Source of the DNA: Acetatifactor sp. | Lineage (GTDB): Bacteria > Bacillota > Clostridia > Lachnospirales > Lachnospiraceae | Length of the DNA stretch: 64,000 nt | Direction of reading: 5' to 3' | NCBI GenBank assembly: GCA_045659805.1 | Contig: JAZRCR010000094.1 | Location: 29,684 to 93,683 of the forward strand | Shown here: in pieces, positions 57,108-64,000 of the stretch | Position numbering within the stretch: position 1 is the stretch's first letter | How the letters are laid out: each line of letters starts with the position of its first letter | The notes under the pieces: generated by a model | Told to the model about the DNA's origin: nothing | Seen by the model: only the letters and a program-made list of their open reading frames with translations | Databases searched by the model: none | Made by a program: the position numbers and the translations under genes

Positions 57108-59365
57108 TTTATCCTCCTACTTATCCACAATACTGCAATTCCCAGAACTGTCAGTGCAGAAACAAGTTCCGCTACATGAAAGATCTTCAATCCCCTGTAA
57201 TTTACTTCAATGTATCCCGCGTAAGATGCTGGTACGGCAATCCGCAAATCACCGTGCTGCCCTCTTTCTTCCGTAATTCGAAGATCCGTCTCTCGCCCGT
57301 TGTCCCCCTCAACCACGTAGCCCATATAACCGATTAGGGGTAATTCCAAATATTTCTCTTCTTCCGTACTATTCTGAACGTACATGCGGACAGAGGTTCC
57401 TTCTTTCTCATAATCGGCCCATTCCAGTCCATCCTCTGCCACCGGATGATGATAAGAGTAGTCCGTAATCTCCGTTCCTTCCAGCAAATACTCGCCGTTA
57501 ACAAAACTGATACTCCCCATATTCTCCCCGTTGTACAGCCAAATCGGTTTGCTCTGAAAAGAAATATCATTCACATGATATACTGCTGAAAAAAAGGCCA
57601 GTATAAGCAGCAGAAAAACAAAACCGTTTTTTCCATACTGCATTTTGGTTTTATCTTGGGTAAATCCCGTGAATTCTTCCGCAAACCACAGGAAGAAAAA
57701 GGCTCCGCCGATTGCACTGAATACCGTAACCAGAGTAAACAACTGGGTAGGGAACTGAATGGAGGTTGTCAGGATGCTTACCACCGGAATTTCTGCAACT
57801 AAATCCCAAGGGAAATATCTGGTGCTGAGAAGCCAGGTAAAAATAATCATTGTCGTCCAAAACAACATTGTTTTATCATAGGGGTTTACAACGACCGGCT
57901 TCTTTTTCCGCACATATCTGTGGAACAATATCCCCACTGAAACCACCAAAATAATCAAAGAGGCAATCCCCATGTGGAAGGGTTCTGCATGATACATTCC
58001 GTTCTGTGCCGTATCTTTATTCGAATACAATTGAAAAAGTTCCGCAAACCAGGTCCCCATGTATTGAATATTTTTACTGATAATGGAGCTTAATAGATAT
58101 TGGTCCCCTGCCATCATCTGCAAAAGAGGCAGCCAGAATCCCATATTCAGCAAGAGACATAAAATTGCGGCCTGTGCAAGCTGTAGAAAGGTTTTCCTGC
58201 GGAATGTCCTTTTATAAAACAGAATGCAAACAAAAAGTATACACACGATAATCATTTCGCAGGATAATATGTGGGACTGCAGAATACAGCTCAATCCAAT
58301 GATCAAGGGCCATTTGGCAGTCTTGTATTTGTCACTTTCCATGTCTTCCGTAAACAATCGATACATTCCGCAGATAATCAGCGGGAAAAAGGTCATTGCC
58401 AGATATTCTCCCATAGCACCGCGGTTGTAGAAATTGTAAATTCGGTAGGGTGCCAGCATATAAAGAACGCTTCCGAACAGTGCACTGTAGCTTTCCTTTG
58501 TACATTTCTTAAAGGAATAGTAGGAAATCAGTGCGGTCATTATGGTAATCACCAACACAAACAACTTATAGGCATTCATCAGAGAAAAACCGATCAACCG
58601 AAACAGCACCGGAATCCACAAAAGCAGATCTCCATTAAATGCTGAAACCGCATATCCGTGATCATAAAGCCAATAGCTTTGTACCCGCACCGGGAATTGA
58701 TTCCCGTGCAACAAAGTCTCTTTCAATCCTTCTATACGAAGCCATTGAAATGCAATATCTGCCGCATCGCTAAAATAATCGGTCATATAAGGGAAATATG
58801 CAACCAAAACACTGCTCAGAAGTGCCCAGAACACCACTTGCCTGTCCTTAGAAACCCTGCCCGTCACAATCCCCTCTCTGAAAACCAAAAGCATGTCCAA
58901 CAGCAGGCTTCCGACTGCAAGAAGGAAGGTTAGGATTCTGCTTCCCCAGTTGATCCGATACACTTCCAGGTCTTTTATACACGCTTGTGTACCGAAAGCG
59001 GAACAGGTTACATGCACATTATCCAAACTCTCCAACACATATATCTCGAAATCCAGAGATTCCTGCTGTGAAAAAACAGTCGCTCCGTTACATCGAAAGG
59101 TACGAAATCCATGTTTATCACTGGTGGCGGTTACATAAATATGCCCCTCTTCCAGAGACACACCGTTCACTCTCACCTGATATACCCCGGGGGTCACCGA
59201 AAAAGATAATCCTTCATACATGGATTCTTCTTCTGCATTTAATACTATCTGACTATCTGAATATACAAGGAGTTCTTTCTGAAAACAGCTTGGCAACAAC
59301 AATAACAGAAGTGCTAGCTCTATTAAGATCCATATTCGGTATTTTTTAATTGCTTTCCGCATCAT
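57083..59365 (-). CDS. GT-C-type membrane glycosyltransferase (YfhO/PTPS-related family)
   Basis: D..F..LRIEGL......QFPVR....WL..HGYA, PYRI.N.Y.RGA.GE..A..F.P, Q.H.LS.E, IQFP, GEY, LELPL..Y.GY. Confidence 0.8.
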   Translation of the reverse strand: MMRKAIKKYRIWILIELALLLLLLPSCFQKELLVYSDSQIVLNAEEESMYEGLSFSVTPGVYQVRVNGVSLEEGHIYVTATSDKHGFRTFRCNGATVFSQQESLDFEIYVLESLDNVHVTCSAFGTQACIKDLEVYRINWGSRILTFLLAVGSLLLDMLLVFREGIVTGRVSKDRQVVFWALLSSVLVAYFPYMTDYFSDAADIAFQWLRIEGLKETLLHGNQFPVRVQSYWLYDHGYAVSAFNGDLLLWIPVLFRLIGFSLMNAYKLFVLVITIMTALISYYSFKKCTKESYSALFGSVLYMLAPYRIYNFYNRGAMGEYLAMTFFPLIICGMYRLFTEDMESDKYKTAKWPLIIGLSCILQSHILSCEMIIVCILFVCILFYKRTFRRKTFLQLAQAAILCLLLNMGFWLPLLQMMAGDQYLLSSIISKNIQYMGTWFAELFQLYSNKDTAQNGMYHAEPFHMGIASLIILVVSVGILFHRYVRKKKPVVVNPYDKTMLFWTTMIIFTWLLSTRYFPWDLVAEIPVVSILTTSIQFPTQLFTLVTVFSAIGGAFFFLWFAEEFTGFTQDKTKMQYGKNGFVFLLLILAFFSAVYHVNDISFQSKPIWLYNGENMGSISFVNGEYLLEGTEITDYSYHHPVAEDGLEWADYEKEGTSVRMYVQNSTEEEKYLELPLIGYMGYVVEGDNGRETDLRITEERGQHGDLRIAVPASYAGYIEVNYRGLKIFHVAELVSALTVLGIAVLWISRRIKWKTKTGQ

Positions 59366-61647
59366 CCTACTCGCTTTCTGCTATTTATTTTGAACCCCTT
59401 TCCGCAGCTTTGGTGTTTCAGTACAAACAACACCGCCATGGAAAAATACCACAGATAAGTCACACCTTCTCCGATTCGCCAATGGATGGGGCTGACAAAT
59501 TTTACTTCCACTTCTCCCTCAAAGCCGGCGGGCAGAAGGACTCTAACCACATTATTCGTACCGCACATAACTTCCAATTCCTCACCGGAAGAGGTATCGT
59601 ACGCCCGATACCCGGTATAATGAAGCAGCGGCAGTTCCACACAGCCTTCCGTATTTCCACGATTTGTACAGGACAACCACATATGCAGGTATTCCTTGCG
59701 ATACTCTGAAATCTCCACATCATTGCTTGTTACCGGAAATGCAAAGGCCAACCGTTCATAATCCGTTCCTTCGATAATATACTCCGCTCCTGATATATAC
59801 CCGAATCCCATCCCTTCTTCGTTATATATATGCATATATGTCTTATCTCTGCAGATATAATCCGTCAGGTACAGCCCGGAAGTAACCAGTCCGGCCAAAA
59901 TACAGACAATACTCAAATAGTAATGCCATTTCTTTTCATTCTTCTGAAAATACGAAAGAAGGCAGCCCCAGACAATTACCAGAAAAATAGTACCCCAGCC
60001 CAAAAAACGATAGGGGAATTGGATGCTGCTGACCAAGGTTTTTGCTATTTCATGGATATTCTGAATACGGTCCCAGGGAAAAAGATTTAAGCTCATCAGC
60101 ATCAACAACCCACCCAGAATGCAGGATACTTTTCCCAATGCGGTGATCCGGCTCTTCTCCTTTTGCCACTTCCCGCTAAACCACAGGACACAAAATACCG
60201 CAAAACCAATGCCCAAAATCATTCCAATGCCCATGGCGTGAGATTCCGCCATGCCGGAATCACCCATCACGGCATTGTTGCCTAATTTCCACCAGTTGAA
60301 AAACAATACCGGAAGATAAAGCCCCCTGTCCTGAATGGTTCTGGCAGACACATAATGCATATGAATATCTTCGTTGATAAAGTAGTCCAAAAACGGTATC
60401 AGATACCAACAGCTCATGGTCACTGCCGCTAGAGCTCCCTTTGCCAGCACCAAAAAAGTTTCCTTCACAAAAATTTTCTTGATAAACACACCACATACAA
60501 TAATGGTGAGAAAGGCAGAGATTTCACAGCTCAGCACATGGGTCTGCATCAGTCCTGCATACCCGATAGCAATGGGAATCCAGGCCTTCTGATAGTTTTT
60601 TCCTTTCACCTCTTCTGAGAACACCCGGTAAAGTCCATATAAAATCAAGGGCATAAAGGTAAAGGCACTTCCTTCTCCTAACGCTGCTTTAACTACAAAA
60701 TTATATATTCGAAAAACAGACAACGTATGTAGAGCCGTACACAACAGGCCGATCATGCGATCACGGAATATTCGGCTGAAGCAAAAATATCCAATCCACA
60801 CAGTAGCAACATTGATAAGGATACAATAGACTTTATAGGCAGTCTCTACGGTAAACCCTAAAAGCCGTAGAATCGCCGGAATATACAGCAGCGTGTTGCA
60901 ATAGAAAATACTGTTGGCATAGCCATGGCCGAAAAGCCACTCCGGCTCTATTCGCAGGGGAAACTGGCCGCTCAAAATGCCGTCCTTTACGCCTTCAATT
61001 CGCATCAGATGATACACCAAATCTGCACCACCCATAATCCCGTCCTGTAAAAACGGCAGGGACGCTGTCAAGACGATGACTGCCAGCCCCACTATAACTG
61101 TTTTTTGGTCCGGCTCCACACCTACGGTTCTGTCATGCCTAACAAACAACAGTATGCATATCACACAAAAAGCCACGCTCCATATGATTGTCAGAAGTAT
61201 GGTCCACAATGCGTCTGTCTCACGCAGCGTCAGGTTGCCAGTAAGCAAGCTACCTTCCCCTCCATATGCGATACAAAGTTTCAACTGCTCCGTCCCTTCC
61301 AGCAACCACAAACGATAATCCGTATGATTCAAATTCTGATACAGGTGTTCTCCGTTGGTAAGAAGTCCTCCGCTAAATACAGTTTCGTCTGCCACCGTAC
61401 AAAGATTCTTCATGTTGGTATCTGTCTGATACTCTAACACAACATCATAAACTCCGGCGGGCAACGAAATATACTCATAAATAATCGCTTCTGTGCAGGC
61501 GGTACCCTCTTCGAAAACGGTCTGCCCTTCGTATTTATACTCCTGATTGGGCATACAAATTTTTACAACACAAAATAACGACAACAAAAAAGTACATGCC
61601 ACCGTCAAAAATATAGTTTTGTTTTCAAATAGATTTCTCAGTTTCAT
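59362..61647 (-). CDS. GT-C-type membrane glycosyltransferase (YfhO/PTPS-related family)
   Basis: G.DL.YHL.RIEG....I..GQFP.RI...WL..HGYA.S.FY, IQFPYRFL, GAEY, VELPLL.Y.GY.A; start at 61647 (alternative 61671). Confidence 0.8.
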   Translation of the reverse strand: MKLRNLFENKTIFLTVACTFLLSLFCVVKICMPNQEYKYEGQTVFEEGTACTEAIIYEYISLPAGVYDVVLEYQTDTNMKNLCTVADETVFSGGLLTNGEHLYQNLNHTDYRLWLLEGTEQLKLCIAYGGEGSLLTGNLTLRETDALWTILLTIIWSVAFCVICILLFVRHDRTVGVEPDQKTVIVGLAVIVLTASLPFLQDGIMGGADLVYHLMRIEGVKDGILSGQFPLRIEPEWLFGHGYANSIFYCNTLLYIPAILRLLGFTVETAYKVYCILINVATVWIGYFCFSRIFRDRMIGLLCTALHTLSVFRIYNFVVKAALGEGSAFTFMPLILYGLYRVFSEEVKGKNYQKAWIPIAIGYAGLMQTHVLSCEISAFLTIIVCGVFIKKIFVKETFLVLAKGALAAVTMSCWYLIPFLDYFINEDIHMHYVSARTIQDRGLYLPVLFFNWWKLGNNAVMGDSGMAESHAMGIGMILGIGFAVFCVLWFSGKWQKEKSRITALGKVSCILGGLLMLMSLNLFPWDRIQNIHEIAKTLVSSIQFPYRFLGWGTIFLVIVWGCLLSYFQKNEKKWHYYLSIVCILAGLVTSGLYLTDYICRDKTYMHIYNEEGMGFGYISGAEYIIEGTDYERLAFAFPVTSNDVEISEYRKEYLHMWLSCTNRGNTEGCVELPLLHYTGYRAYDTSSGEELEVMCGTNNVVRVLLPAGFEGEVEVKFVSPIHWRIGEGVTYLWYFSMAVLFVLKHQSCGKGFKINSRKRVG

Positions 61648-62068
61648 CAAAATCCTTTTCCCCAATCTCATTAGTTAATGCACCAAATAAACAAATTTAT
61701 TTGTCTTATAATGGCTATATTATATAATTCTGTTTGAAGCTTCGCAACTTATTTATCATAATTTTTTCCTGTATCTTAATCTTAAATTTGCTTATTTATA
61801 GCTGGCTATTTTCTCGGAAAAATAGTGAACTGAATAGTAACGAACACTTAAAGGATGAGAATACAATGCAAGTACTGTATGATTTGGCAGAAAATAAAAC
61901 TCAGATTCATACCTTTTTCGCCAAAATCTTTGAGCCTGAGAGTCTGGTGGGAAACGGTGGCAGGCCTGGTTCTTACTCAGCAACCGTTTGTGCATTATCT
62001 TTGACTACTTTTTTGAATATGGAACATCCGGTTCTGAATTTGTAATTGCTGTATCTTGGTAATGGAGT

Positions 62069-62207
62069 GAGTATGATAGCGGAGGCGCTGTCAGAGAAGA
62101 TGTAGATTCCGGTTTATGATAAAGCCTATATTGAGTAAGAGCTGGAGGGTCACAATTTTGCCGGGGAGGCGGAAGTGATCAGGGAACCGGCGCAGAAGCC
62201 CTGCATT
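62069..62207 (+). pseudogene. 139-bp direct repeat, copy 2: decayed fragment of the cytidylate kinase-like gene
   Basis: Same sequence as 55229-55367 with two in-frame stops (CAG>TAG, CAC>TAA). Confidence 0.88.
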
Positions 62208-62229
62208 CCGCCTATGAGCCCCGGTGAAA

Positions 62230-63558
62230 TTATTCTGTCTTGGTCTTATCAGGTCTGGGGATCAGGAAGAAGCTGATAAGCATTGCTACGATGTATAAAG
62301 CCAGGGTTGCATACAGTACGTACTGATAACCTGTAGGATTTACAGTGATCATTTCAATGGTACCGTCCTCCAGAAGGTGCTCGATCTGTACCTCTTTACC
62401 GAAGGTCTTAACGATCCAGCTTGCCAGCTGGTTACCGCTAAGTCCTGCAAAGGCCCATGCAGAAAGGGTCAGGCCGTGGATGGCACTGATATTGCCCATG
62501 CCGTAGTGATCGGAGAGAAGTGTAGGTACGTTGGAGAAACCGCCGCCGTAACCTGCGTTTACCAGGAAGATCAGAGCCAGTACAAGGATGGTGAGACCAA
62601 TGCTGTCGGCACCCTTCACGATGCCGTTTGTAGCAACAACCAGGCCGGTGAATGCAACGGATACAATAAAGATCAGTTTGTAAATAGTATTTCTGTCTTT
62701 CATCTTATCTGCCCATGCGGAAAGACCAAGACGTCCTCCGGCATTGAAGACAGCTGACAGGGTGGAAATGATACCAACGATACCGGCAAGACCGATACAT
62801 TTTGCGATCATTTTTTCCTGGGAGATCAGTGCAAGACCACAGGTGATGTTCAGGTAGAACATCAGCCAGATACCAATGTAGGTACCGATGGGTTTGCTCT
62901 TGATCACAGCCAGCATACTCTGGCCTTTTTCTTTCTTCTGGGGCTCATGCCAGCCGGCAGGCTTTGCAAGAAGAAGGTGGCCTACGAACATCATTACGAA
63001 GTAAACTGCAGCCAGGATCCAGAACATCTTATAGATACCGCCGTTGCCAAGGTTATCCAGCAGAGACTGCATGATAGGGCTTGCAATAGCCTTTGCGGCA
63101 CCGAAGCCGGCTACTGCCAGACCGGTAGCAAGACCTTTTCTGTCCTTGAACCACAGCATCAAGGTCTTGACAGGTGACAGGTAACCGGTACCAAGACCGA
63201 TACCCATGATAAGACCGTAGCACACATAGATGCCGATCAGTGCAACCAGGCTCTTGGGATGCTGGCCGCCATAATAGATGAAGAATCCGGTTCCTGCCAT
63301 ACCTGCTGCGAAGCAGATGGTGGCGATCAGAGATGATTTGTGAATGTCCTTTTCCACTACGTTGCCCAGAAATGCGGCAGACATGCCCAGGAAAAAGATG
63401 GCAAAGCTGAATGCCCATTCGGTAGCGCCCTTGGAAAAGCCGATGTAGTCAGCAATTTCCTGGCTGAACATGGACCAGCAGTAAACCGTACCGATACTGC
63501 AATGGAGTAACAATGCGGGAATCGCTGCACGAATCCACTTGTTTTGACAGTTTTTCAT
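62230..63558 (-). CDS. OFA-family MFS transporter (oxalate:formate antiporter-like)
   Basis: IG.VY.WS.F, YG...GIG.G.GY..PV.....WF.DR.GLA.GLA..GFG, FN..GR, YGGGF...P.L.SD.YG....S.I.G..L.AW..AG..G. Confidence 0.88.
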   Translation of the reverse strand: MKNCQNKWIRAAIPALLLHCSIGTVYCWSMFSQEIADYIGFSKGATEWAFSFAIFFLGMSAAFLGNVVEKDIHKSSLIATICFAAGMAGTGFFIYYGGQHPKSLVALIGIYVCYGLIMGIGLGTGYLSPVKTLMLWFKDRKGLATGLAVAGFGAAKAIASPIMQSLLDNLGNGGIYKMFWILAAVYFVMMFVGHLLLAKPAGWHEPQKKEKGQSMLAVIKSKPIGTYIGIWLMFYLNITCGLALISQEKMIAKCIGLAGIVGIISTLSAVFNAGGRLGLSAWADKMKDRNTIYKLIFIVSVAFTGLVVATNGIVKGADSIGLTILVLALIFLVNAGYGGGFSNVPTLLSDHYGMGNISAIHGLTLSAWAFAGLSGNQLASWIVKTFGKEVQIEHLLEDGTIEMITVNPTGYQYVLYATLALYIVAMLISFFLIPRPDKTKTE

Positions 63559-63796
63559 GATAAACCCTCACTTTTTTTGAAAAATTAATAAATTTTTTAG
63601 TGTTTTTTGCAGCAGAAATATGTATAATATTTACAGCCCATACTATTCTACTCCTAAATTTGGCAGATTTCAAGCTTGTATTTGATTCGGTACATAAAAA
63701 TTGTGTTACGATTTTTTTGTCGGTTTTTGCCGAGCATAAGGAGTGGAAAAGAAAGGGTGAGACGGGAGATATTGGACAGCCTGGAGGATAAGAAAC

Positions 63797-64000
63797 ATGA
63801 AAAGGATAGCGGGAATATTGGCATTGGCGGCATCAGGCATGTTTGCCATGACAGGATGTACCGATAGAGAAGAAAGAGAACCGGAGCCCATAGTAATAGA
63901 TGTGTATGATTCCGGATCAGATTATCAGGGAATGCAGGGTGGCTGGTACGGGCAGCTGTTGAAGGAAAAGTTTAATATCGAGTTGAACTTTCTGGACAAA
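63797..64000 (+). CDS. ABC transporter solute-binding lipoprotein, 5' end (runs off window)
   Basis: GGAGG RBS; MKRIAGILALAASGMFAMTGC lipobox; IDVY.....YQG.Q.GWY..LLKEKFNIELN. Confidence 0.75.
   Translation, partial: MKRIAGILALAASGMFAMTGCTDREEREPEPIVIDVYDSGSDYQGMQGGWYGQLLKEKFNIELNFLDK

Noticed and set aside
62069-62207. Repeat pair as diversity-generating retroelement TR/VR
   Set aside because: Mismatches are not adenine-specific and no reverse transcriptase is present

Overview
Chromosomal segment of a Gram-positive anaerobe (Clostridia, probably Lachnospiraceae; inferred from gene families and RBS/promoter style). Blocks: (1) 1-3446, end of a B12-dependent diol/glycerol dehydratase operon (pduD-E-G-H-O-like). 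(2) 3545-18053, two tandem cobalamin riboswitches leading into a corrinoid-capture operon: a FecR/DUF4430 protein, a 2745-aa surface protein (DUF4465 + Ig + transcobalamin-like alpha barrel) and an ECF transporter T-AA'-S-T. (3) 18195-40159, a glycan-utilisation region: GH43, GH78, GH88, NagA, a NagB-like enzyme, two Gfo/Idh/MocA enzymes, two isomerases, three AraC regulators, plus an N-acyltransferase, an M28 amidohydrolase, an MBL-ASRT fusion and a 709-aa unknown. (4) 41720-50510, a four-gene SipW-signal/TasA-like (camelysin-fold) cluster. Its subunits carry a triplicated lectin-like module and a heparinase II/III-type lyase, and it is headed by an apparent polyprotein with an internal sortase motif and an internal SipW signal. 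This is the best candidate for an undescribed system (an enzyme-displaying fibre). (5) 50593-64000: LytTR regulator, ECF sigma/beta-propeller pair, truncated Rpn gene, three GT-C membrane proteins bracketed by a 139-bp direct repeat, an OFA-type MFS and the start of an ABC solute-binding lipoprotein. No tRNA, rRNA, CRISPR array or intact transposase was seen. All domain calls come from motif recognition by eye, not from database searches.
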